64,000 bases of DNA from Vicinamibacterales bacterium (GCA_965223015.1 CBDCVL010000004.1:129237-193236), one strand, 5' to 3'; positions 49,257-57,717 are shown, numbered from the stretch's first letter. The notes: generated by a model from the letters alone, not told the origin. Made by a program: numbers and translations.

Positions 49257-49881
49257 GGTATCGGCTCCTCCCTCTTCTGTTGGGAGCAGGCTCGAATACC
49301 ACCTTAGCTGCTGGTCCGAAAATCGGGGTCCACTTCAAACTGAGCGGTGAGACCTTGCGTGTGGATACGGGGTGCCTCGTGGGGTTCACGCCGGACGTGC
49401 ACTACGACATCCAGCGTGCAGGGAATCTGAAGTCCATGTTCTTCGGGGGCGAGGGCATCTTCCTGGCGACACTGACGGGCTCAGGGACCGTGTGGCTCCA
49501 GAGTCTGCCGTTCTCCCGCCTGGCGGATCGCATTATTGCGAGTGCGCCGCGTCAGGGTGGAAAGTCCAAGGGCGAAGGCTCTCTGCTGGGTGGACTCGGA
49601 CGCATGTTGGATGGAGACAACTAGCGGGCTGCTTGGCCCCGGAACGAACGATTCGCAGACTGTCCAAAGCATTGGGGTTTTGCGCCCTCGAAAGGCGTGT
49701 CAGGGGGTTACCCCTCAGAACGTGAAAATGGCCTTCAAAACACCCTGTATTTGTTGGCATAAATGGGCCTGTTTCTTGAAGTCCCGCCGTATAATCCAGC
49801 CAACCGATGCCGTCCGGTCGCCATCCGCTGCCGCCGATCACGACAACCCCAACAGTGCTCTGGGAGCTTCGGAGGAGTGGC

Positions 49882-50058
49882 ATGCGGTTGACCTGTTCAG
49901 CGCACCAGACACCCGAGGGCCTGCGGCTTGAGGAATCGATCAACGAGGGAGACCCGTTCGTCCGGAAGACGGTCAAAACCATCGAAGAGCTTCAGGCGTT
50001 GGCCGAGACATTTCGCCAGCAGGACATCGAGGACGGCTGGAGTGACACCGGTGACTAG
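49882..50058 (+). CDS. Small hypothetical protein (58 aa)
   Basis: GGAGGAG lies 4 nt upstream of ATG 49882. The product is MRLTCSAHQTPEGLRLEESINEGDPFVRKTVKTIEELQALAETFRQQDIEDGWSD. I cannot name a family. Confidence 0.4.
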   Translation: MRLTCSAHQTPEGLRLEESINEGDPFVRKTVKTIEELQALAETFRQQDIEDGWSDTGD

Positions 50059-50257
50059 CCTTCTGATGTAGCAGCACACCTTCGAGCCTAAGGGGGCCAT
50101 GGCTCGCCCGTTCCGCCTCCCGCTGTCAGGCCCTCCTCCAGCGCATGAACTTCCCCACACAGGGGTAGTAGCTGTCATGCGCCTACGGCCGTGTGACAAC
50201 CATGCGGCCTACTCCGATCGCCGATTTGCGTTGACCGCGTAGTGCCAGAGGAGTAGC

Positions 50258-50485
50258 GTGGCTGGCGTTCCCTGTTTTTGGTCGCCCATTCAAGAACTTG
50301 CCATGCTGGTGTCCCTTTGGCACAGTGCCCGCCTCGTTGCGCAGAAACTGCTGGGGATGTTCTTCGCCCACGATCGTAGCGATGACGACCTGAAGCGTTG
50401 CAGCTACTGCACGGACTGGGTGCCGTCGAAGGCGCGTGTCTGCCGTCACTGCCACGCTATTCTGGTTGACCAGTACGGTCTGTAA
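50258..50485 (+). CDS. Small hypothetical protein with a CxxC...CxxC zinc-ribbon-like motif
   Basis: Contains CSYCTDWVPSKARVCRHC. The start is uncertain. Confidence 0.3.
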   Translation: MAGVPCFWSPIQELAMLVSLWHSARLVAQKLLGMFFAHDRSDDDLKRCSYCTDWVPSKARVCRHCHAILVDQYGL

Positions 50486-50665
50486 ATCCCCGACACAGGT
50501 GGCTGTGGTGTGTGGCCGGGCCGGCCAGCGAACCACCTCCGCCACTTTCTGAGCTGTCTCGGCAGAAAGCGTACGAACGGCTGCTACGGGCCGATCGCCA
50601 GCCCGCTCCGACCCCCGCTTCCAAGCCCCTCCTCCGCAAGATGAACTTCCCGCCGGCTATTCCTC

Positions 50666-50932
50666 CTAGCCAATAACGGTCTGCACCTCCTCGTCCGTCA
50701 GGATGGGCGTCACGTCGAAGGTGAGCATATCCGTCCACTCCTGCATCCATTTGCCGATGGCCACCGGGTCTGCCGACTCTGCGATGACGAACCCGCCATG
50801 CCCTTGCGCGTAATGCCAGCGGCTCAGCATCTTCACCCCGTCGTCAGGCGGCAGTCCGCCCCCAGCCTTGAATCGAGCTTGGGCTTCGTTGCGCATGTCG
50901 GGAGCGAATTCATAATTGATAACGAAATGCAT
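50666..50932 (-). CDS. DUF3303 family protein
   Basis: 88 aa: MHFVINYEF...RFKAGGGLPPDDGVKMLSRWHYAQGHGGFVIAESADPVAIGKWMQEWTDMLTFDVTPILTDEE. This matches my recollection of the DUF3303 pattern. Confidence 0.7.
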   Translation of the reverse strand: MHFVINYEFAPDMRNEAQARFKAGGGLPPDDGVKMLSRWHYAQGHGGFVIAESADPVAIGKWMQEWTDMLTFDVTPILTDEEVQTVIG

Positions 50933-51184
50933 ACATATCCCTCCTTGGCTGAGTTGTTGGGAGTGGGATGATACTGCACCGCCGGCTCATCGGTAAGCGA
51001 ATCCGGGTGGAGGCAAATGCCCGTTTGGCTTAGACTGACTGTATTAACCCAGCCACAGCCTATGGCCCTCAACGTCGGCCCCCGACTCGGCCACTACTGT
51101 GACTGCGATCCGGCAGGCCAAGACAGACACCCTGGTTTGAGGCCAGGGGCCGTGAGCCGACGATTCCAACGAAGGTAAACGCTC

Positions 51185-51550
51185 TTGGAGATTTTTCAGG
51201 AAATGACGAACTCAGTGGCACCTCGGCCCGTCGTCCTACTCATGTTGGTCCTGGCGTGCGGTATCTTGGCTGGATGTGCAGACGTGGTCACTATCACGAC
51301 CCCTGTGCTGCCAGACGGCAAGGTCGGTGAGCCGTATGACTTTCAAATTGAGGCCGACGCCGGCGACAGATGGTCTGTGGTTACGGGCACACTACCACCA
51401 GGAATCTCGCTGTCTGCTGAGGGAAGGTTGTCCGGTGTTCCCTTGCAGGCGGGAGACTTTGCTTTCACAGTTAGAATCCAAGACGAGGGTTTCTTGTTCA
51501 CGCCGAGTAAGGACACAGACGTCGGCCTGCTCCTAACGATTCAGCCTTAA
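51185..51550 (+). CDS. Lipoprotein with a putative Ig-like (He_PIG-type) domain
   Basis: The lipobox is ILAGC. It is followed by LPDGKVGEPYDFQ...GTLPPGISLSAEGRLSGVPLQAGDFAFTV. The start may be Met at 51203. Confidence 0.6.
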   Translation: MEIFQEMTNSVAPRPVVLLMLVLACGILAGCADVVTITTPVLPDGKVGEPYDFQIEADAGDRWSVVTGTLPPGISLSAEGRLSGVPLQAGDFAFTVRIQDEGFLFTPSKDTDVGLLLTIQP

Positions 51551-51852
51551 CTTCAACGCCCGTTTCGGGCTTCCCCCTGTCCCAGGTGATAGCGAGACCC
51601 GCCTCGGGGAGCCAGCCATAGAATGCGTGCATCTAGCCCGCTATCACTATGGCCCTCACTGTCGGTGCTCGACTCGGCCACTACGCCTTCACCGCCCTCA
51701 TCGGCGAAGGGGAGGAGACACGTGTGGGAGGCGTTCGGGCTCGACCGTGTGCCTGAAAACCAGGCAATCGTTTCTCGAACGTTTCTCGCGTATCGAAAGG
51801 GGGGTAACGATCGCTGGCTCAGCGTCGGTCGCCCAGATGGCACGGACCTCAC

Positions 51853-52164
51853 GTGTATTCCAGGGATTTGTGCGAGTTCCCCCGTGGTCTACCCCCTGCT
51901 ACCATCTCAGCTGGAGGAGCGTTGCTCAGAAACCGGATTCTGAATCACTGGCAGACGTATCGCCCGACGCTGCTCCGTGACTTGGAACGCAGTGGCGAAC
52001 TTGAAGCCGTCATTGCCAGTCTCGAACTAACGATTCGAGAAAGGCAGGGGAGATTGCTCGCGCAGGGGATGAGCCTTGAGCAGGCGGATGAAGTGCTCAG
52101 GCCGATGTGGATGGTCTTCGAGCACGAGTCTGATCGGGTTGCATTCCAAGACAGCAACAAGTAG
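51853..52164 (+). CDS. Hypothetical protein (helical); the true start is possibly TTG 51922 after GGAGGA
   Basis: LLRNRILNHWQTYRPTLLRDLERSGELEAVIASLELTIRERQGRLLAQGMSLEQADEVLRPMWMV. Only the ORF and the RBS support this call. Confidence 0.35.
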   Translation: MYSRDLCEFPRGLPPATISAGGALLRNRILNHWQTYRPTLLRDLERSGELEAVIASLELTIRERQGRLLAQGMSLEQADEVLRPMWMVFEHESDRVAFQDSNK

Positions 52165-52247
52165 CTGATGTCCCTCGTTCAAGCTGTTTGTAGCCCGACA
52201 AGCCGGTAGACGCTCGGACGCCACTGTTCTTGACCGGCTTCCCTTGG

Positions 52248-52353
52248 GCCCATGTTCCTATTGCTCCTCTGTCTGTCTACCTAAAGTCAATTCGAGTGGG
52301 ATGTAGATAGGAGATAGAAAAGCAGTGTGAGCCCTTGGGCTCATTAGGAACAT
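52248..52353. repeat. Hairpin repeat element, copy 1 (MITE- or terminator-like)
   Basis: GCCCATGTTCCTATTGCTCC..GTCTGTCTAC...GTAGATAGGAGATAGAAAAGCAG...TTAGGAACAT. It shares a 20-nt identical 5' block and the internal GTCTGTCTAC with copy 2, and lies 84 nt after the stop at 52164. Confidence 0.75.
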
Positions 52354-52580
52354 CTGTCCTAACGCAGGACCCGCTTGGAGAATCGTCGCCTAGCGGTAGA
52401 GCTTACCCAACGATCACTTCCGTCTCTCCACAACCAGACTTGTGAGCCCCTCTCGGTCCGCTTGCCGTCCAAAAGGCGCCATCTCGTCCGGAATCCATCT
52501 TGCACTTCAGTGACTGTTCGTTTCCCCCTAGACCTTGAACCTGGAGTTATGGGCTTGATCCAGTTTCGTAGACGGTTTAG

Positions 52581-53447
52581 TTACGCTGCTGACGTTCTCA
52601 TCCTTCGTTCAAACTCGGCCGGACTGATCTGGCCGAGCGTCGAGTGTCGTCGCCGGTGGTTGTAGAACACCTCGATGTAGTCGAACAGCGCCATCTTGGC
52701 GTCTCCGCAGCTGTCGAAGTGTTCGCCGAGCTCGCGCTTCACCGTGGAGAACCAACTCTCCATCACGGCGTTGTCATAGCAGTTGCCGCGACGGCTCATG
52801 CTGCCCGTGATTCGACAGGTCGTAATGAGCCGCTGGTAATCCTCGCTCGCATAGGGGCTGCCCTGATCGGAGTGATGCAGGAGACCCGCGCCGGGCTGGC
52901 GCCGCTTCACAGCCATCTGGAGTGCCTTGATAACCAGATGGCGATCGTTGATGGCACTGACGGCCCAGCCGACCACGAAGCGCGAGTAGAGGTCGAGAAT
53001 CGCGGCGAGGTAGAGCTTGCCGCTGCTGCCGATGACAAACTCCGTCGTGTCGCCAACCCAGCGTTGGTTCGGCGCCTCCGCCACAAAGTTCTGGCCGAGC
53101 ACATTCGCCGCAACGGGCTGATCGTGTTCGCTCATCGTCGTACATCTGAACCGTTTCCGCACGCGCGCCTTGAGCCCCTCCGCCTGCATCAGCCGCACCA
53201 CCCGTTTGCGGCTGATGGGCACGCCCTGGTCGATCAAGTCCTCGTGCACCCGCGGGCTCCCATACCGACAGCGACTGGCCTCATGCGACGCGCGGATCAA
53301 TACGCGGAGCTGCCGATCTCGCTGGGCGTGCGCCGACTCGGGCCGCCGACACCACGCGTAGAACCCACTCGGCGACACCTCGAGTGCCCGACAGAGGGCC
53401 TGCACCGGGAAGTGAGCCTTCTCCGTCTGGATGAACGCAAACCTCAC
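52581..53447 (-). CDS. IS3-family transposase OrfB
   Basis: 288 aa with WVGDTTEFVIGSSGKLYLAAILDLYSRFVVGW, HSDQGSPYAS and SMSRRGNCYDNAVMESWF. Confidence 0.9.
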   Translation of the reverse strand: MRFAFIQTEKAHFPVQALCRALEVSPSGFYAWCRRPESAHAQRDRQLRVLIRASHEASRCRYGSPRVHEDLIDQGVPISRKRVVRLMQAEGLKARVRKRFRCTTMSEHDQPVAANVLGQNFVAEAPNQRWVGDTTEFVIGSSGKLYLAAILDLYSRFVVGWAVSAINDRHLVIKALQMAVKRRQPGAGLLHHSDQGSPYASEDYQRLITTCRITGSMSRRGNCYDNAVMESWFSTVKRELGEHFDSCGDAKMALFDYIEVFYNHRRRHSTLGQISPAEFERRMRTSAA

Positions 53448-53788
53448 GCGTTCTCCTTCACGAAGAAGGCGGCCGCGTTTTTTAGGATCTCCCGCTCCGT
53501 GCGGAGCACGCGAATCTCCTTCCGCAACCGGCGCAACTCCTCGCGTTCCTCCGTCGTGAGCCCTGTCCGCCCGTTCGTCCGGTCGGCGCGGGCCCGGTCC
53601 ACCCAGTTCCGCAAGGCCGACTCGGTCAGGTCGAGCTCCCGCGCGACCCTGCCGACCGTCCGTCCCTCATCGAGCACCAGCCGCACGGCGCCCGCCCTGA
53701 ACTCTTCGCTGAACCGACGGCGCGGCCGTCTCGACTTCGCTGTGTTTGCCATCGTGGACATCGTATCCGCCTTTCGGAAAGTGTCCAC
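53444..53788 (-). CDS. IS3-family transposase OrfA
   Basis: RRRFSEEFRAGAVRLVLDEGRTVGRVARELDLTESALRNWV...LRKEIRVLRTEREILKNAAAFF. Confidence 0.9.
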   Translation of the reverse strand: MDTFRKADTMSTMANTAKSRRPRRRFSEEFRAGAVRLVLDEGRTVGRVARELDLTESALRNWVDRARADRTNGRTGLTTEEREELRRLRKEIRVLRTEREILKNAAAFFVKENA

Positions 53789-53812
53789 AAAACCGGATCA
53801 AGCCCATTATGG

Positions 53813-54934
53813 ATGCACAAGATGGCAAGTGTTGGACTTGGTCTGCTGGTGGCCAGTGGGTTCGTTGCATGTTCCGGTAACAGTAGCTCTCCTGTGGCCC
53901 CGTCGACGTTTCCGTCTGGCGGCGGAGCAACCACCATTACCGGAACGGCCCACACGGCTGGCACGTCTGCGGCCCTCTCGTTCGGTCAGCTTTCCCATGA
54001 GGGGAATGACGGTCCACTGGAGGTCTGCGTCGTCGGCACCGAGGTGTGTGCCCCCGCCGATGCCTCCGGCCACTTCGAGCTTGTCGGCGATTTCGTTGGT
54101 GATGTGCAGCTTCAGTTTTCAGGTTCTGGTCATGAGGTCGTGGTGACGGTTCACGATGTTCAGCCCGGACAGACGATCACGGTGACTGTCACGCTCAACG
54201 GTCACACGGGCACGCTCGATGTCGATTCTCGACAAGGCGGAGATGAACGGGTCGCCCTTTGTCATGTCGAAGGTAATGGCAACTATCACCGGATCGAAGT
54301 AAGCCCCAGCGCCGTGGACGCTCACGAGGCGCACGGAGATGGCTATCCTCCGGGTGGAGATGGCGATCCTCCCGGTGAGGTCCCTGGAACCGATCCGCCC
54401 CTGTTCTTCGACGACGACTGCGACATCCTCGGGCCGGAGATCGACATCGAGAAAGCGACGAATGGCGAGGATGCCGACCAGGGGTCAGGACCGAAGATTC
54501 CGGTTGGCGATCCCGTGACGTGGACCTACGTTGTGACGAACACAGGCACCGTCGCGTTGAGCGGCATCGCGGTCACAGATTCCGTGGAAGGTGCGGTTGC
54601 ATGTCCTGAGACTGAATTGGAACCCGGCGACAAGATGACCTGCACGCTCGGCGGCACGGCTAGTGACGGGCGATACAGCAATGTGGGCACCGTCACGGCG
54701 ACGGATGAGGTGGTGATCGTGACCGATGCCGACACCAGTCACTACGTTGGGCAAGATGAAGAAGAGGACGATGGGGACGAGTCGGGCGCCAAGGTGGCCC
54801 TCTGCCACCGCACCGGCAATGGTAGCTACCACCTGATCGAGGTGAGCGTCGATGCGGAGCCTGCCCACATGGCCCACGGAGACGTTGTCCCGGACCCGGA
54901 GGACGGGATGTGTCCTGTCTCCGGCTCAGAGTGA
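53813..54934 (+). CDS. Lipoprotein with a CarboxypepD_reg-like domain, a DUF11-like repeat domain and a duplicated Cys/His-rich motif
   Basis: The lipobox is LVASGFVAC. GHFELVGDFVGDVQLQF indicates the CarboxypepD_reg-like domain, and IDIEKATNGEDADQGSGPKIPVGDPVTWTYVVTNTGTVALSGIAVTDS the DUF11-like domain. The Cys/His motif occurs twice: VALCHVEGNGNYHRIEVSPSAVDAHEAHGD and VALCHRTGNGSYHLIEVSVDAEPAHMAHGD. Confidence 0.7.
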   Translation: MHKMASVGLGLLVASGFVACSGNSSSPVAPSTFPSGGGATTITGTAHTAGTSAALSFGQLSHEGNDGPLEVCVVGTEVCAPADASGHFELVGDFVGDVQLQFSGSGHEVVVTVHDVQPGQTITVTVTLNGHTGTLDVDSRQGGDERVALCHVEGNGNYHRIEVSPSAVDAHEAHGDGYPPGGDGDPPGEVPGTDPPLFFDDDCDILGPEIDIEKATNGEDADQGSGPKIPVGDPVTWTYVVTNTGTVALSGIAVTDSVEGAVACPETELEPGDKMTCTLGGTASDGRYSNVGTVTATDEVVIVTDADTSHYVGQDEEEDDGDESGAKVALCHRTGNGSYHLIEVSVDAEPAHMAHGDVVPDPEDGMCPVSGSE

Positions 54935-54997
54935 ACCCGCACGGAGACTGCCTGATCGACGGAGACTTCTCGGGGTTCGCCTCACGGACTCGTCCGT

Positions 54998-55097
54998 GCC
55001 CATGTTCCTATTGCTCCCAAGTCTGTCTACTTCTTTCTACTTTCACATCGGAGAGTGTGTAGACAGATAGAAAAGAAGTCCCCACTGATAGGAACAT
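54998..55097. repeat. Hairpin repeat element, copy 2
   Basis: The outer stem pairs ATGTTCCTAT (55002-11) with ATAGGAACAT (55088-97). The inner stem pairs GTCTGTCTAC (55021-30) with GTAGACAGAT (55059-68). The element lies 64 nt after the lipoprotein stop. Confidence 0.8.
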
Positions 55098-55234
55098 AGG
55101 AACACCCTGCTCCAGCCGCCAGGGAGGGTCGAGCGGGCGGAGCGCCCGTGATGGTCGCCACGGACGCCCTCCCTGAGATCAACGCACCCGCTCAGGAAGG
55201 TCTTCCATCTTCCGCGGTTGACAATTCGTAAGTA

Positions 55235-55564
55235 ATGACTTACGCCGAGGTCCTCACGGCACTGGCAGACCCAACCCGACGCAACATTTTTGAAGCGTTG
55301 AGCAAGCATCCAATGACGGTTCGCGAACTGGCTGACGGCCAGCCAGTGAGCAGACCGGCTGTCTCGCAGCACCTCAAGATTCTCGAGACCGCACGGCTCG
55401 TACGCGCAGTGCCAGAGGGTGCCCGCCGCGTCTACTCTCTCGAGCACGAAGGATTGGAGGACCTGCGTCAATACGTGGAAAGTTTCTGGTCGGATGTCTT
55501 AGCCGCCTACGGTGTCGCAATTGCGAAGCGCACAGCCAGCAAAAGGAAAAGAGCCCGTGACTGA
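55235..55564 (+). CDS. ArsR/SmtB-family transcriptional regulator
   Basis: LADPTRRNIFEALSKHPMTVRELADGQPVSRPAVSQHLKILETARLV. Confidence 0.85.
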   Translation: MTYAEVLTALADPTRRNIFEALSKHPMTVRELADGQPVSRPAVSQHLKILETARLVRAVPEGARRVYSLEHEGLEDLRQYVESFWSDVLAAYGVAIAKRTASKRKRARD

Positions 55565-56021
55565 CCCGATTGTTAGGTCCATAGAAGTCCCCTGTAGTCA
55601 GGCGCAGGCCTTTCATGTTTTCGTCAATGAGATGCACACGTGGTGGCCGCTAGGGGAATTCACTGTGTCGGCTATGGGCGGTTCACCTGCCAAATCGATT
55701 CGGGTCGATGCCAAACGAGGCGGTGAAATCGTCGAAATCGGTCCCGACGACACCGAACATCTGTGGGGCACCATCACATCCTACGACCCACATGGCTATC
55801 TGAGCATGAGTTTCCACATACCTCGACCGGGTGAAGTCGTGGAGGACCGCAGTCTTGTTGAAGTTCGATTCACGTCGCTGGGAACCGCCAAGACGCGTGT
55901 CGAACTCACCCAGAGCAACTGGGAAGTTTTTGGCGAACGTGCTCGTGACCTATGGGGTGGTTACGGCGGGGGCTGGACGCTAATTTTCGAGCAAGCCTAC
56001 AAGATGGCGTGCGGCGGCTGA
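55557..56021 (+). CDS. SRPBCC/AHSA1-like domain protein (common ArsR partner)
   Basis: The GTG start overlaps the ArsR stop. VRSIEVPCSQAQAFHVFVNEMHTWWP...RVELTQSNWE. Confidence 0.75.
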   Translation: MTDPIVRSIEVPCSQAQAFHVFVNEMHTWWPLGEFTVSAMGGSPAKSIRVDAKRGGEIVEIGPDDTEHLWGTITSYDPHGYLSMSFHIPRPGEVVEDRSLVEVRFTSLGTAKTRVELTQSNWEVFGERARDLWGGYGGGWTLIFEQAYKMACGG

Positions 56022-56094
56022 GAGTAGGGCATCTAAACGGGGGTGAGACCATGGCATCGACACGACAGACAAGCAGCGACCTTGGAGGGTTTCT

Positions 56095-56446
56095 ATGAGC
56101 ACCCGGAATCCCACTCTGGACGACGATTTTCGCGGGTGTCCTGTTCCTGGTAGGCTGCGCTATCGGCATCCCGGCCATACTTGGTCAAGGCGCGGACATT
56201 GAGCCGCTGGTGAACGCGTCTATCGGTGGCCGAAGTTTGGGAATCGGGGTTGCGGCGGGTCTGGCTGTCTTCCTGAGAAGCCCCAGTGCCTATCTGGTGG
56301 TCTTCGTCGGGAGTGTCGTGAGAGATATTGGCGACTTAGTGACCGAACTCTCCAGAACCGATCCAAGCACGGGTATTCTCGGCGGAATTTCGGTGTTTAC
56401 GATTGTTGGTATTCTGGGCGCTGTCGCCGCGAACAAGGCACGCTAG
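56095..56446 (+). pseudogene. Small polytopic membrane protein with an apparent early frameshift
   Basis: GGAGGG lies 5 nt before ATG 56095, but that frame stops after 35 codons. The hydrophobic frame (GIPLWTTIFAGVLFLVGCAIGIPAIL...ISVFTIVGILGAVAANKAR) is open from 56099 and lacks its own canonical start until 56210. Confidence 0.35.
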
Positions 56447-56509
56447 TTAGGGTCTTCCTCTCCTGATCGGACCAGTCGATCGATGCATCCGATTACTCCT
56501 GACTGACGC

Positions 56510-57717
56510 GGTGCGTTCAATGGGTCGATGCAACATGAACCTGATAAGGAGGTTTCATGGTGCGACGACGTGGTCCGCGCTTGACGGCGGCGCAGAAGGC
56601 GGAAGTGTGGCGCCGGTGGCGACACGGGGAATCGCTCAATGCCATCGGCCGTGCCCTAGGCCGGATTCCCAAGATGGTGCGCTATGAGGTGGCCCGGACG
56701 GGCGGCATCCCCCCGCCGGCGCGCCAACGTTCCCGTCTCGCGCTGACGCTGCCGGAGCGGGAGGCCATCTCCCGCGGCCTGGCCCGCGGGATGTCGGTGC
56801 GACAGATCAGCCGCCAGCTGCGGCGCGCCCCTTCGACCGTGAGTCGGGAGGTGCGTCGACACGGAGGGCGGCGGTGGTATCGGGCGGCCAGAGCCGACGC
56901 GGCGGCGTGGGCGCGCGGCCGGCGGCCCAAGCGGTGTCGCTTGGTGACCCACCCCCCCTCCGTGACGCGGTGGCCACGAAGCTCGCGCAGAAGTGGTCGC
57001 CTCAACAGATCGCCGGCTGGCTCCGTCAGGCGTATCCTGATGATCCGACGATGCACGTGTCGCACGAAACGATCTACCTGAGCCTGTTCGTGCAGAGCCG
57101 CGGCGTGCTCAAAAAGGCACTGCAGGCGCAGTTGCGCCAACGACGCACGATGCGACGTCCGCGTGCCACGGCGCCGAAGACGGGCGGTTACATCGTCGGG
57201 GCCGTCTCGATTCGCGAGCGCCCCGCGACGGTGGAGGACCGCGCCGTGCCGGGACATTGGGAGGGCGACCTGATCGCCGGCGCGCGCCAGTCCTACGTGG
57301 CGACGCTAGTCGAGCGGCACTCGCGCTACGTCTGTCTCGTCCGGCTGACCGGGCGCACGACGCGCACGGTCGTGCGAGCGCTCACCGAGCACGTGCGGCG
57401 GTTGCCCGCCGGCCTCATGGCCACGTTGACCTGGGATCGCGGCCTGGAACTGGCAGCCCATCGCACGTTCTCGATCGCCACCGGCGTGCAAGTCTATTTC
57501 TGCGACCCGTACAGTCCGTGGCAGCGCGGGACCAACGAGAACACGAATGGCTTGCTGCGCCAGTATCTGCCGAAGGGGACCGACCTCGCCCGCTACACGC
57601 AGACTCAACTGAATCGGATCGCGCGCGAGCTCAATACGCGGCCACGCAAGACACTCGGCTATCGGACGCCGGCAGATATACTCGCGGAATCCGTTGCATC
57701 GACCGGTTGAATGCGAG
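56510..57717 (+). mobile_element. IS30-family insertion sequence, copy 2 (inverted relative to copy 1)
   Basis: It has the same terminal sequences as copy 1 and is 1208 bp versus 1209 bp. The differences I saw are C7 (56952-56958) versus the 8-nt run in copy 1 (44240-44247), and one SNP (56792, Thr to Met). Confidence 0.9.
56557..57710 (+). pseudogene. IS30 transposase gene broken by a 1-nt deletion in a poly-C tract
   Basis: The gene splits into track ORFs 56557..57081 and 56874..57710. Both halves are otherwise identical in translation to the 384-aa copy 1 protein, apart from T-to-M. Confidence 0.85.

Larger units (their letters stand above)
47855..49337 (-). mobile_element. IS3-family insertion sequence B, with 3-bp target duplication AAC
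   Basis: The termini are GGAGGTGGACCCCATTCCTCGGACCA... and ...TGGTCCGAAAATCGGGGTCCACTTCA. AAC lies at 47852-47854 and again at 49338-49340. Removing the element restores gaa cgt caa ctg agc (ERQLS) in frame. A T6 run on the coding strand (49000-49005) sits at the orfA/orfB junction. Confidence 0.85.
47348..49624 (+). pseudogene. AIM24/DUF124 (TIGR00266-like) family gene, frameshifted and split by an IS3 insertion
   Basis: The pieces are [38 protein letters not shown] (47348-), then after a frame change near 47557-47562 [11 protein letters not shown]...[32 protein letters not shown], and after the [18 protein letters not shown]...[25 protein letters not shown] (to 49624). Confidence 0.75.
52550..53806 (-). 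mobile_element. IS3-family insertion sequence C, with 3-bp target duplication TTA
   Basis: The termini are TGGGCTTGATCCAGTTTCGTAGAC... and ...GTCCACAAAACCGGATCAAGCCCA. TTA lies at 52547-52549 and 53807-53809. An A6 slippery run on the coding strand (53478-53483) sits at the orfA/orfB overlap. Confidence 0.9.

Noticed and set aside
52644-54146. 500-aa ORF on the plus strand
   Set aside because: It is antisense to IS3-C orfA/orfB and then runs out of frame across the start of the lipoprotein gene. It has no family features.
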